A stretch of 64,000 bases of DNA from a virus, in IMG/VR virus record IMGVR_UViG_3300037549_000096. One strand, 5' to 3'. Positions 36,701 through 45,769 of this stretch are shown here, one piece after another (positions within the stretch are counted from its first letter, which is position 1; each line of letters begins with the position of its first letter). The notes beneath the pieces were generated by a model. That model worked only from the letters and a program-made list of their open reading frames with translations, had not been told where the DNA came from and made no database searches. Position numbers and translations under genes: made by a program.

Positions 36701-39700
36701 GTTCGTCAAGATGGAAGTCAAAAGATTTTAGCTCCATTTACCGATAAAGATACAGACGCCATTGCTGGTGAAAATCATATTCAGAATTTTAAAATGTTGA
36801 ATTATGATATGGAGCCAGTTAAAGGTGGTTTATTTGATACTCAAATTACTGGTGGAATGAAAGGTACTAAATGGGCTAAATTTACTTTACCTAATGCAAT
36901 ACCTAATCCTTTATTTGAAACAGCTATTAAGAATATTTTAACAATAGATGATAAAACATTTAAAGGATTGCTTAATCACACTGTTAACGTAAATGGCAAA
37001 ACTGGTCATGAAGCTTTTGAGTCAATGTTAGGTAATATTCAAGTAAAACAGGAAATTGATTCTACTAAACAAGCTTTAAAAACAGCTACTAAAACAGGTA
37101 AAGATAAGTATCTTAAGAAGTTAAAACTTCTTAAAGCTCTTGAATCACAAAAACTGCATCCTAAAGATGCTTATATGATGAGTAAAGTCCCTGTGGTTCC
37201 CCCACAGTTTAGACCTGTTATTCAATTACCAAATGGTTCTTTATCTAAATCTAGTTTAAATATTCTTTATCGTGATGCTGGCTTAGTCGCTGGATCTATT
37301 AAGGAGCATGGGTTAGATGGAGATTTATATTCTGCTCTGTATCATTCTGTGGGTGCTATACAAGGCGTTAAAGACCCTATTAGCCCTCAAGCACAAAAAC
37401 AAAATGTTAAAGGAGCAATCCAGATCATTACAGGGTCTACTCCAAAGACCGGATTCTTCCAGTCTAAAGTAATTCGTAAACAACAAGACTTATCAGCCAG
37501 AGCTACGATAGCCTTGGATAATAATCTACATATGGATCAAATATCTATTCCTATAGATATGGCTAAATCAATTTATAAACCATTTGCAACTAAATTATTA
37601 ATTGATCAAGGTTATTCAGCTAAAGATGCTCATGACCATATTGATAAGTGGTCACATATTGGTAAAATTGCTATTATGAATGAAATGAATCAACGTCCGA
37701 TCATGATGAATCGTGCGCCTTCACTTCATCGTTTTTCAATTATGTCATTTAAGCCTACAGTTAATACTACTGATTCTACTGTATTAATTCCTGGTCTAAT
37801 CGTTAAACCATTTGGCGCTGACTTTGATGGTGATACCGTCATGCTTCATGTGCCTGTAGGTGAAAAAGCTAGAAAAGAAGCATTAAAGATGCTTCCTTCT
37901 AATAATTTATATAATGCTAAAGCTATGGACTTAAATTATACTCCTGATCAAGAATCGATCATGGGTTTACATTTAATGTCACATACTGCTAATGGTCGTA
38001 AATACTTTAATTCTTTATTACCTGCTTCTGTATCTAAAGTTACAGGTATTATGAAGAAAGAAGACATACATCAACGATTAGCTGAAGTAGCTGCTAAACA
38101 CCCTCATGAATATAATACTATTGCTACTAAGTTAAAAGAAGAAGGTGACAAGTTTGCAACATTGGCTGGTTTCTCAATTGGTTTGAAAGATATGAAACCA
38201 GTCAATGGAGAAAATGTTAAAAAGATTTATTCTAAAGCTATGCTTAAGCCTGGAGATAAATTAAAAAATCTTTTAGAAGCAGATGATTTTATTAAGAATC
38301 ATTCAACTGATGATAAAACTAATAATTATGTTAAAATGGTTACTTCACAATCCAAGGGAAATAAAGAGAATTTAAAACAGATTCTCTTTGCTCCTGGTAT
38401 TATGAAAGATCATAATGATCAGCCTATTCTTAGACCAGTTATGTCTAATTATGGTTCTGGAGTCGATTTTGCTGATTTCTGGACCGCTGGTTATGGCGCT
38501 CGTAAGGGTACTTTAGATCGGCAAATGTCAACCGCTAGACCTGGTGCTTTAAATAAGGAAATCGTTAATACATCAATGGCTATTGTTGTGTCGGAGAATG
38601 ATTGTGGTACGACAAATGGTATCTCTATTTCTGCAAAAGATCCTCACGTTCTTGGAAGATATGATGCTGAGTCTGGCAAACTTATTACGAAAGACTTATT
38701 AAAGAATAAAAAAGATATTATTGTACGTTCGCCTATTACTTGTGAAGCTACAAGAGGCGTTTGTAAGAAGTGTTATGGTCATGATGAATTTGGATCGATG
38801 CCAGATATAGGCCGGAATGTGGGTATTGTGTCGGCTCAAGCGATGTCAGAACCATTAACGCAAGCAGCTATGAAAACCTTTCATATGGGCGGAACGGTTT
38901 CAGGGGGCGGAGGGGCGTTTGGAGGGTTTGAAACGATTGAGCGGTTCTTAAAGGCTCCTAAAACTTTTAAAAACAAAGCTGTCTTAGCTAGAGAAGATGG
39001 AATAATTCATAGTATTAACCCTGGTGCTGCTGGTGGTTTTAATATTATGATTAATGAACAAGAACATTTCATTCATCCAGATGCTTCAGGTGAGTTATTA
39101 GTTAGAAAAGGACAAAAAGTAAATCGAGGCGATTTACTTAATGTAGGTATACCTCATCCTGAAGAAGCTTTAGATATATTAGGACCAATCAAAGGTAGTC
39201 ATTTAGTAGTTGATACGCTTCATAAACTTTATAAAGCGAGTGATATTAAAATCAATCGCCGTAATTTAGAAACAGTTATAAGAGGATTAACTGGTTTTGC
39301 TAAAGTGACTGATCCAGGTACATCTAAAACGTATGTCGAAAATGATGTAACTTCATTATCTAACGTTATGAAGTTTAATAAAGAAGCGAATAAATCTATG
39401 TCCTTGCCAATCCAGGAAAGTCATGGGATGATATTATCTGAGTCAATTGCAGGCATTAAGGCAGGTACTTCTCTTGACTTTAATCATTTGAAACATTTGG
39501 AAAAAGCTGGTCATAAACATATCGATGTTTATCACCAACCTATTCAATTTGATAGAATTTATATCGGAACTGATAAAGCCCCTAACAAATCTACCGATTG
39601 GTTAGGTGGTTTGAGCTTCAGATATCTTAAGAGAGGTATTGAAACTGGAGCTATGCATAGTCATATGTCTGATACTCATGGGTATCATCCTATGGCACCA

Positions 39701-39745
39701 TTTGTAACAGGCGAATTACAACATCATTCAGATGGTACTTACTAA
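33791..39745 (+). CDS. rpoBC: Single-chain fused beta-beta' DNA-directed RNA polymerase
   Basis: Beta: TPESQKAG, AYMPWHGLNFEDGI, GDKLANRHGAKGV, SVISRM. Beta': VPVVPPQFRP, NRAPSLHR, ADFDGD, GARKG..D, RSPITC..GVCKKCYG, SEPLTQAAMKTFHMGG. Confidence 0.95.
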   Translation: MLEASEIINNMKQGIKESIDSLGKIEAGGKTLEFQNVHFEDHDPRISVDFEKHKQAKLHNKTLGIGVYADAHVTENGNTSVEKVKIGNMPVPTSTGDFIVDGNSYNIDYQFRLKPGAYLRKKQNGEIETHINPIGFPNARVTIDPKTLGLSVGIGQANINALAFLHALDVTTAEQEHILGSDIYKANLNKLNLDKELSKLEQSISKGEKLDKGQLSKLLKEKLDTAKLDPRVTGITLGKPFKDLGAGTIKAIIQKTIAGSKGLVEPDERDAMAFKNVFAVDDFVKERLSGRNKYQLAWQVKSALVKDKPIKESLSSKFLDSMIHPLFTSSAISEFSSRTNQLQQLGAFRKVTSTGEGGIMNEQAITTDMQAVHPTQAYFVDPLNTPESQKAGIAVQFTHDVEIKDHEAHAPFINTKTGKRELKSSIDLFNEHVLLPGAASPDGTIAAIHKGKQIQVKPEQITYKPIHIHQAFSEGALIAPALNYNQGSRASMRTRHAAQAVSLVDREAPLVQSLHPSGSTYEQEVAKKMALIAPEDLTFVEKKNDRLFFKTKDNKLVDSAFWNHDVGTNKSFINHETDHLTPGMKFTQGQIIADSNFTKNGTLALGKNLKTAYMPWHGLNFEDGIIVSESGAKKLTSQHMAQHDFDVHNGVTRMSKAAYLAMFPGKYTKEQLDKLDENGVAKQGIVLQPGDPMHLKIDKHQGTKEDAILGRLHKSLVSPYRDHSEVWTHVTPGTVVDSVLDKTFGKINVKYEAPAQVGDKLANRHGAKGVISAIIPDIEMPQNKKNEVTDVIISPMSVISRMSMGQILETAASKIAKKTGETYKIGSFDNKDHVSRIQHDLAKHKLSDTEELFDKQTGHSYGKILTGYPIMQKLFKLSHGNLSARELGAYDSDHQPMRGGDTGSKAIDQLTLYGLLAHGHRNILNEISTVKGDYNPDFWQRLQMGLPLPKPQTPFVYKKFEGLLAASGVNVRQDGSQKILAPFTDKDTDAIAGENHIQNFKMLNYDMEPVKGGLFDTQITGGMKGTKWAKFTLPNAIPNPLFETAIKNILTIDDKTFKGLLNHTVNVNGKTGHEAFESMLGNIQVKQEIDSTKQALKTATKTGKDKYLKKLKLLKALESQKLHPKDAYMMSKVPVVPPQFRPVIQLPNGSLSKSSLNILYRDAGLVAGSIKEHGLDGDLYSALYHSVGAIQGVKDPISPQAQKQNVKGAIQIITGSTPKTGFFQSKVIRKQQDLSARATIALDNNLHMDQISIPIDMAKSIYKPFATKLLIDQGYSAKDAHDHIDKWSHIGKIAIMNEMNQRPIMMNRAPSLHRFSIMSFKPTVNTTDSTVLIPGLIVKPFGADFDGDTVMLHVPVGEKARKEALKMLPSNNLYNAKAMDLNYTPDQESIMGLHLMSHTANGRKYFNSLLPASVSKVTGIMKKEDIHQRLAEVAAKHPHEYNTIATKLKEEGDKFATLAGFSIGLKDMKPVNGENVKKIYSKAMLKPGDKLKNLLEADDFIKNHSTDDKTNNYVKMVTSQSKGNKENLKQILFAPGIMKDHNDQPILRPVMSNYGSGVDFADFWTAGYGARKGTLDRQMSTARPGALNKEIVNTSMAIVVSENDCGTTNGISISAKDPHVLGRYDAESGKLITKDLLKNKKDIIVRSPITCEATRGVCKKCYGHDEFGSMPDIGRNVGIVSAQAMSEPLTQAAMKTFHMGGTVSGGGGAFGGFETIERFLKAPKTFKNKAVLAREDGIIHSINPGAAGGFNIMINEQEHFIHPDASGELLVRKGQKVNRGDLLNVGIPHPEEALDILGPIKGSHLVVDTLHKLYKASDIKINRRNLETVIRGLTGFAKVTDPGTSKTYVENDVTSLSNVMKFNKEANKSMSLPIQESHGMILSESIAGIKAGTSLDFNHLKHLEKAGHKHIDVYHQPIQFDRIYIGTDKAPNKSTDWLGGLSFRYLKRGIETGAMHSHMSDTHGYHPMAPFVTGELQHHSDGTY

Positions 39746-39759
39746 CTGGAGAAAGTTAA

Positions 39760-41604
39760 ATGTTAAAAGAAGCTTTTATTACTGATATGTTTCCTACTGA
39801 ACAAAAGGTTAGGCTTTCTGAGAATTCAGCAGCTTGGCCCGAAACTATCAATTCTTTAATTTTACGTAAATATCCTGAATTAGCTAATTATATTGATAAA
39901 ATTGTCTTTAGTCATTTAGATAAGATTAAAGGTAATTCTATTGGATATGTTACGACGATTAATAATATTTTTAAAATTCCATTTGTCGTAGATAAGTTTA
40001 CTCTTAGTCCTCTTGATGTTTTTATTAAGGGTAATGTTTATGGTCATCTTTCAACTGATTCTATTAAAAAGTTAGTATCGAATTCTTGGCCTTTTAAACA
40101 AGTTAGCAAGAATGATTTTGTACAATTAAAAAAGTTAGCGGCTACAAGTCTTACTGATATTGATGTTGAAACTATTACAAAAAATCCAGAACTTGTTAAA
40201 TTAGCTGAAGAATTAGCTAATGAATACCCTGAAGTAATTATTAATTTAAGTACGAATTTAGATAATGTACAAATATTGAAACAAGCTGGTCTTGATCCTT
40301 ATGGTCATGAAAAAGTAGCTGCTTTAGAATTAAATCATACTAGAACTGGTATTATTTTACAACATTTTGGCAAAGTAGATGAAACGCTTTCTTTAGGTGA
40401 ATGTGCAGCTAGATTCGGGGAAGAGAAAGTAGCACAAGTTTTATATCATGGTTATATTCCTACTGTACTTCGTGAAATCATGGTTAAGACAGCCGATGAA
40501 CTTAATCCTATTCAATTTAAATTTGATGTTAACTTACCTAGAACAGTAAATATCGCTGACGGTGTTGGTGGTTTCGTTCGTGGTAATATGTATGAACTTA
40601 GAGATATTAAAACTCCAAATAGAAAAGAAGGTCATATTTTCTTAAGTACTCGCGCTAAAGATCCTGTTTATATGACAATCTTTACGCCTCCTGCTAAAGA
40701 CCGTATTTATTCAATTGCAGAACGAGCTACTTTAGGTGATATCGTAGATGATCTTTCTAGGTCTTCTGGTAAGGCGGGACAAGCTTTAGCTATCTTATTA
40801 GGTGATATCGTTTATGGTCCCTTTGATTTAATCACTGAAGCTGTTAACGGAAATACTCATATTCTCTCTATTAAAGATGGTTATGAATATGATTCTAAAC
40901 GTATTCATATTACTAATGATGTTAAATCAATCGTTGTTGAAGGTGATGAGATTTACGTGCCTAAACATGCGAAAGTTTTATGTTTAGGTGAACCTTATCA
41001 AATGGAGCATCCATTACACAAAGCCGCTGCTCTTGCTGTAACGGTAGCTGTTTCTCCTGATAAGCAATCTTATAATATTATCGATGCAGGTGTAAGCGGA
41101 TTACCTGCTGGATCTTTACAGAATATTAAGAAAACTAAAGCAACGACAGCTTTAATGCATTGCGGATTGAGCGAAGTGGAAGCTAAACAGGCTCTTTCTA
41201 ATGCAGCGACTACTGGTGTTCATAAATTTAACGCTACTCCTACTGCTACTCAATCTGAAACTCAAACTAGAGATGAAGTACAATCATTATCTAGTAAGAA
41301 AATTTTAGAGAAGAAAGCTGAAATGATTCGTAAGATTATGGAAAAATCAGAGTTTATTAAAATAGCCATGAATTACGGAGATGAAGAAAGTGTGGATATG
41401 GCACTTGGTCTTAATTTAGTAACTCCTACTAGCGTCAAAAAATATCGTATTTTGATTCCGAAAATTGAAGATACGATTGACGGTTTGAGTAAATTACTTA
41501 TGGCAAAACGTGTAGGTGGTTCTATAATTCCTTTAGACGAAGGTAAGCTTACCTCCGCTATTTCAGATCTTCATACCGTCATGTGTGAACTCACCGGGAT
41601 CTAG
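39760..41604 (+). CDS. Large hypothetical protein rich in K-x-A motifs (putative head/internal protein)
   Basis: GGAG RBS; MLKEA, KKLA, VKLA, LKQA, EKVA x2, VKTA, HKAA, EKKA, IKIA. Confidence 0.6.
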   Translation: MLKEAFITDMFPTEQKVRLSENSAAWPETINSLILRKYPELANYIDKIVFSHLDKIKGNSIGYVTTINNIFKIPFVVDKFTLSPLDVFIKGNVYGHLSTDSIKKLVSNSWPFKQVSKNDFVQLKKLAATSLTDIDVETITKNPELVKLAEELANEYPEVIINLSTNLDNVQILKQAGLDPYGHEKVAALELNHTRTGIILQHFGKVDETLSLGECAARFGEEKVAQVLYHGYIPTVLREIMVKTADELNPIQFKFDVNLPRTVNIADGVGGFVRGNMYELRDIKTPNRKEGHIFLSTRAKDPVYMTIFTPPAKDRIYSIAERATLGDIVDDLSRSSGKAGQALAILLGDIVYGPFDLITEAVNGNTHILSIKDGYEYDSKRIHITNDVKSIVVEGDEIYVPKHAKVLCLGEPYQMEHPLHKAAALAVTVAVSPDKQSYNIIDAGVSGLPAGSLQNIKKTKATTALMHCGLSEVEAKQALSNAATTGVHKFNATPTATQSETQTRDEVQSLSSKKILEKKAEMIRKIMEKSEFIKIAMNYGDEESVDMALGLNLVTPTSVKKYRILIPKIEDTIDGLSKLLMAKRVGGSIIPLDEGKLTSAISDLHTVMCELTGI

Positions 41605-42475
41605 CTTGCAGAAATCTCCTTTTGGAAAAGCTCTATTATATTTGGCTGTGGTTGAATGCAAGATTAATTTCGAGCAACCTAGCCTCATGGAGTTTGTTCA
41701 AAAGTTGAGTATGTATTTCCCATTTATATCTATTGATTCTCCCTTTGGTTATGTTCAAGATCGTTTAGATCGCATTAGTAACTTACCTGCTACGATTATT
41801 AGAGGTAATTACAATAAACAGGCACTACTAAAATTTCTAAAAGAAACTGATCTAATTAATTTACATGAACTTCTACCTAGACAACAATTTCAAGATTTAC
41901 TTTATGACGTAGATTTGCGACGTAAAGTAGATGGTATGTCTTTATGTGGTTTTCGGCATCAAGAGATAGAACTTGAAATTAAACAATATATTACCGATAT
42001 TGATCCAGTAGTTGTTAAAACGTATCTTAATTGTTTTGCTGATTTTTCTAATATGACTTATGACGAAAAACGAAACTTTGTTATTAATACTTTTGAAGAA
42101 CCTGCCGAAAAAATAACATATGTAAAGTGTTTAGAAAATAAATCTAGGGATATAATTAGAGCATATCTAGGTGTTAATACAAGAGTTTTTAATCCAATTG
42201 AAATGATTAATAGATATGCTCAGATTATTACTATTAAAATTAATGAGGGATTAAGAGAAAGTGATGAAGTTAAGTTACAGGGTTATATCAAATTAGGACT
42301 TAGATCAGCGGAAACATTAGATAAATTTGGTGTTGGTAATAAAGATGCTGCTGAATTGTTACTTGCTGCATTAGCTAAAAAGCCAGAAGAAATAGGATTG
42401 AATACACCTAAACCAATGTCAGTAGAACAACTAGAAGATATGTACTTAGAGCAACAAAAACCACCAGTGATGTAA
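41585..42475 (+). CDS. Hypothetical protein
   Basis: 296-aa ORF; start uncertain. Confidence 0.6.
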   Translation: MNSPGSSLQKSPFGKALLYLAVVECKINFEQPSLMEFVQKLSMYFPFISIDSPFGYVQDRLDRISNLPATIIRGNYNKQALLKFLKETDLINLHELLPRQQFQDLLYDVDLRRKVDGMSLCGFRHQEIELEIKQYITDIDPVVVKTYLNCFADFSNMTYDEKRNFVINTFEEPAEKITYVKCLENKSRDIIRAYLGVNTRVFNPIEMINRYAQIITIKINEGLRESDEVKLQGYIKLGLRSAETLDKFGVGNKDAAELLLAALAKKPEEIGLNTPKPMSVEQLEDMYLEQQKPPVM

Positions 42476-42497
42476 AATGACCAATATCTAAAAAAAT

Positions 42498-42530
42498 AAT
42501 AAGCCCCTAATTGTTAGGGGCTTATTTCTT
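42498..42530 (+). terminator. Intrinsic terminator
   Basis: AATAAGCCCCTAA-TTG-TTAGGGGCTTATT then TCTT. Confidence 0.8.
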
Positions 42531-42542
42531 TAAGGAGTTTTA

Positions 42543-42749
42543 ATGTCAAAGAACGATCTTAAGAATATAGCTTTTGATTATGAATGTTCAACACCATGCA
42601 AAACATGTAGAAAACGAACATCGTGCTTAGTCCGACCAAAAGAAGGAAAATGCACAAGCCACGAAGAAGGAACTCCTTGGGTGATGCCATATAGGGAACC
42701 TGTAATAAAAGATCCGATTGAAGAAATTATCTATAAGCGAAACTTATAA
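42543..42749 (+). CDS. Small Cys-rich protein
   Basis: AAGGAG RBS; C..PCKTC..C..C. Confidence 0.6.
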   Translation: MSKNDLKNIAFDYECSTPCKTCRKRTSCLVRPKEGKCTSHEEGTPWVMPYREPVIKDPIEEIIYKRNL

Positions 42750-42882
42750 ACTTCGATCTTCTTACCATTTTCAATTCGCGTTTCAATAGGCTTATCAATT
42801 TCGATTGGTTTAACCTCCACTGGCTTAGGTTTATTTACAACCTTAGCTAGTGGAGGTTTTGGTTTATTTCCATATCGATATC

Positions 42883-43602
42883 TCACCATTTTGTTTTCTT
42901 AGTCCTTTTGCAATGAAGAATTTGATTATCTCCAATATTAAATCCATACCAAATAAAATTATCTGGTCCCATAAACCAAACATGTGTTTTCTTTCCGCCC
43001 CAATTATGTTTTGTTTCATAAAAACGGAAAGAACGAAATAAAATTGTTGTAAATAAAAGAATTTTAATAAAATTAGATGATACTGGATGTTTACCTTGAG
43101 CAGATAATTCATTAAAATAATTTGTAATATCTTTTTGAGTAGCGTAATTCATATATAATGTAATTTTACCAGTTTCGACCATTCGTTCTTTAGTTTTCTT
43201 ATCAGCACATTCAGGGCAAATTAAATTATTACCATCAATCGCATAAGATACAAATGTATCTTTTGGAATATGCTTCATTTGTTTACATTCTTGACAAATA
43301 AACTTAGTAGGTCGTTCACCTGTCTTATTCATATATAAATTCCAATCGCCACTATGACGAAGGGGGTGAAGCATGGCATCTTCTTCTGTTAAACACCAAT
43401 CTTGCTTATTTGTTTCTGTAATATATCCAGAATTATAAAGTCCATGTTTAATTGGAATCTCAAAACGTTCAGGTGATCGTTTCCATAACTTGCAAGCACC
43501 ATTAACTCTAGCGCGTAGTGGTAAGTTATCAGAACCGCGTAAGTCTTGATGATAAACCGTATTTCGATAGGTTAACTGTTTTGCCTCTTCAACATTTATC
43601 AT
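42883..43602 (-). CDS. Hypothetical protein with CxxC..CxxC
   Basis: 239 aa; last clear gene of the minus-strand arm. Confidence 0.65.
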   Translation of the reverse strand: MINVEEAKQLTYRNTVYHQDLRGSDNLPLRARVNGACKLWKRSPERFEIPIKHGLYNSGYITETNKQDWCLTEEDAMLHPLRHSGDWNLYMNKTGERPTKFICQECKQMKHIPKDTFVSYAIDGNNLICPECADKKTKERMVETGKITLYMNYATQKDITNYFNELSAQGKHPVSSNFIKILLFTTILFRSFRFYETKHNWGGKKTHVWFMGPDNFIWYGFNIGDNQILHCKRTKKTKW

Positions 43603-43834
43603 ATAGTTTTCTTCCTAAAAGAGCTATACCTTTACCTAATAATGTAAAAATAATAACTAAAGGCCAAACTACAGTTATCACAAACAATAATCCTTGTTCT
43701 AAATTATCTCTACTTTCAAATAACATAGAAAGCCAATTAAACTTCATGTGTAAAGTTTTAATAATAAAAGCCCCAGCTACTAAATATAAACTAAAATAAC
43801 AAGTTATACCTACTATATGTAATAAAACATTCAT
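43589..43834 (-). CDS. Two-TM membrane protein
   Basis: Two hydrophobic helices; ATG 43834 lies just after a direct-repeat copy. Confidence 0.55.
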   Translation of the reverse strand: MNVLLHIVGITCYFSLYLVAGAFIIKTLHMKFNWLSMLFESRDNLEQGLLFVITVVWPLVIIFTLLGKGIALLGRKLYDKC

Positions 43835-43837
43835 GTT

Positions 43838-44022
43838 ATACACCCTAATTCTCTAATTCAACTTTAACACCTTTAACTCTTTTATGAGCTACGGTAAACG
43901 TATTATTCAAATAATATTCTTCAGCTTCTTTTAAAGTTGCATTGATGCCAGTATAAAGATAATTACCATCTTCAAATGTAACTTTAATATGAATCATATC
44001 ATACACCCTAATTCTCTAATTC
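43838..44022. repeat. 22-bp perfect direct repeat (43838-43859 and 44001-44022)
   Basis: ATACACCCTAATTCTCTAATTC present twice, 163 bp apart. Confidence 0.9.
43845..43997 (-). CDS. 50-aa protein (not in ORF track), similar to 44687..44869
   Basis: MIHIKVTFEDGNYLYTGINATLKEAEEYYLNNTFTVAHKRVKGVKVELEN*. Confidence 0.65.
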   Translation of the reverse strand: MIHIKVTFEDGNYLYTGINATLKEAEEYYLNNTFTVAHKRVKGVKVELEN

Positions 44023-44460
44023 TAAAATTACATTTATCACAAGTGTATAATTTAGATCGTTCTACCATAATTCCATTACATCCAATAGAGGGACAAGAAA
44101 ATTCATTTAACAATGTAGCTAATGCACGAGCTTGATTAATATCAGAATTAGCAAAACAATCAGATAAAATATTAGTAGTAAAAGCCATTCCATCACGTAA
44201 AATTTTTAATCTAGTTTGATCTAATCTAACCCATTGTCTCCAAAGACTTAAATATTCTTCCCATAAATTACATTCTCTAATAGGTGGTTTACCTTTTCCT
44301 AATTTCCAATTTCTACCACCTGGATCATAACCTTTTACATCACATTGATAATGTTGCTCAATAGAACGTCCATCTGATAAAATAGCGTAAAAAGCTGAAT
44401 ATCTTTATCACCTTTGGAGGATACTTCATAACCATTATAACGTTGCCAAATATATTTCAT
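43994..44460 (-). pseudogene. Frameshifted phage gene
   Basis: MKYIWQRYNGYEVSSKGDK, then in the -1 frame RYSAFYA..DGRSIEQHYQCDVKGY..GKGKPP..NQARALA; apparent 1-nt deletion near 44404. Confidence 0.65.
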
Positions 44461-44684
44461 GGAATAAAACCACAAACAATAACTTTAGTGTCAGGTTCTA
44501 CTTGATCAACTGGAAATTCAGTTAATGCATCTTTATCTTCTAATGAATTAATAAAGTCACAAGCTGCATTAGAACAGTCAGCACTATTAATGTATTGATT
44601 ATTGAATTCTGAAAAATCACCTTCTTTTACAAAGAATTTAATATCATTCAAACCCATTGAATCATAAATGACGATGGTTTTCAT
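44457..44684 (-). CDS. Hypothetical protein
   Basis: Likely start MKTIVIY. Confidence 0.55.
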   Translation of the reverse strand: MKTIVIYDSMGLNDIKFFVKEGDFSEFNNQYINSADCSNAACDFINSLEDKDALTEFPVDQVEPDTKVIVCGFIP

Positions 44685-44686
44685 TT

Positions 44687-44869
44687 CTAAGTCCCTTCTG
44701 GAATCGACCATAATAGTTTTACATCAACTATTTTGTCTTTATCAGGTATGTTATCGCCTAAGTTATTTGGATGATTAAGATAATAATCTTTTACTTCTTC
44801 AAAAGTTTTTCTAGTAGAAGTTGTCCAGTATTTATAACCATCTTTAAATATGATGTGAATCCCCATCAT
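44687..44869 (-). CDS. Hypothetical protein
   Basis: Similar to 43845..43997. Confidence 0.55.
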   Translation of the reverse strand: MMGIHIIFKDGYKYWTTSTRKTFEEVKDYYLNHPNNLGDNIPDKDKIVDVKLLWSIPEGT

Positions 44870-45095
44870 TGTACATTCCTAAATAGATTTTATGACGCCA
44901 AGTTTGAAATACAAAACCATTGTTCATTGTTTTAGGAAATATAAATTCTATTGAACGGCCTCTAATTCCATATAATCCTGACTTTGGATAAATCATATGA
45001 TTTTTAAATGATTGTTGATGTTTTTGAACATCATCATATAATTCTGAAGCAAATTCGTAGTCTTCCCACCATTTCATCATACGTAATCCGAACAT
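44844..45095 (-). CDS. Hypothetical protein
   Basis: Tiles the operon; start uncertain. Confidence 0.45.
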   Translation of the reverse strand: MFGLRMMKWWEDYEFASELYDDVQKHQQSFKNHMIYPKSGLYGIRGRSIEFIFPKTMNNGFVFQTWRHKIYLGMYNDGDSHHI

Positions 45096-45334
45096 TTATG
45101 GTTTAAATAAACGATAGGTAATAACTCCACTGTGCAATCCTTAAATTCTGGATTTCCTCGTAACCAATGTTCTACCATATTTTTATTAGTATTGCATTGT
45201 GGAGAAGTGTGATTAGGTTTAAAGAATAAAACATTTCTATCTTTAGTTACAATCCACCAAGACTCTTGATAACAAATACGATTTGGTTTTGGAAATAAAA
45301 TATCACTTAAAGGAACTTCATAAAACCTATTCAT
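45077..45334 (-). CDS. Hypothetical protein
   Basis: AAGG RBS; SPQCN motif. Confidence 0.55.
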   Translation of the reverse strand: MNRFYEVPLSDILFPKPNRICYQESWWIVTKDRNVLFFKPNHTSPQCNTNKNMVEHWLRGNPEFKDCTVELLPIVYLNHKCSDYV

Positions 45335-45347
45335 ACATTAACCTTAT

Positions 45348-45569
45348 TCAACTATTCTTAACTTGAGTCATTGCCCAATCTAATCTTTCAGGTTCCATAT
45401 TATCTACTACGTAATTAATATCTAATTTTAAAGTATCTTCAACAGAGCGTTTTCCGTTATTACGTCCATACATTAATTTGAAATTATTAAGTTCATGTTC
45501 TGTTAATTGAGATAACCCATCTTTAATAATTTGTCGAGCAATGGATTGTAGTTCACTGTTCATCTTCAT
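45348..45569 (-). CDS. Hypothetical protein
   Basis: AGGAG RBS. Confidence 0.55.
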   Translation of the reverse strand: MKMNSELQSIARQIIKDGLSQLTEHELNNFKLMYGRNNGKRSVEDTLKLDINYVVDNMEPERLDWAMTQVKNS

Positions 45570-45768
45570 TCTCCTGTTCGCCTTCGAGAACTTTTATACT
45601 TTTAATTAAAGATAAACATGCAGATCTAGATTGTCCATTACTATTTTTTCTCCATAATTGACCAGCTATTATTCTGCATGTAGACAATACATCTTGTTGT
45701 ATACCTAAAATCACTTCCTCTGGAGGTCTTGTCTTTAATTCTTCTAGCCAAAAATCAACATTTAACAT
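45553..45768 (-). CDS. Hypothetical protein
   Basis: Likely start MLNVDFW, just after the upstream stop. Confidence 0.45.
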   Translation of the reverse strand: MLNVDFWLEELKTRPPEEVILGIQQDVLSTCRIIAGQLWRKNSNGQSRSACLSLIKSIKVLEGEQENEDEQ

Positions 45769-45769
45769 A

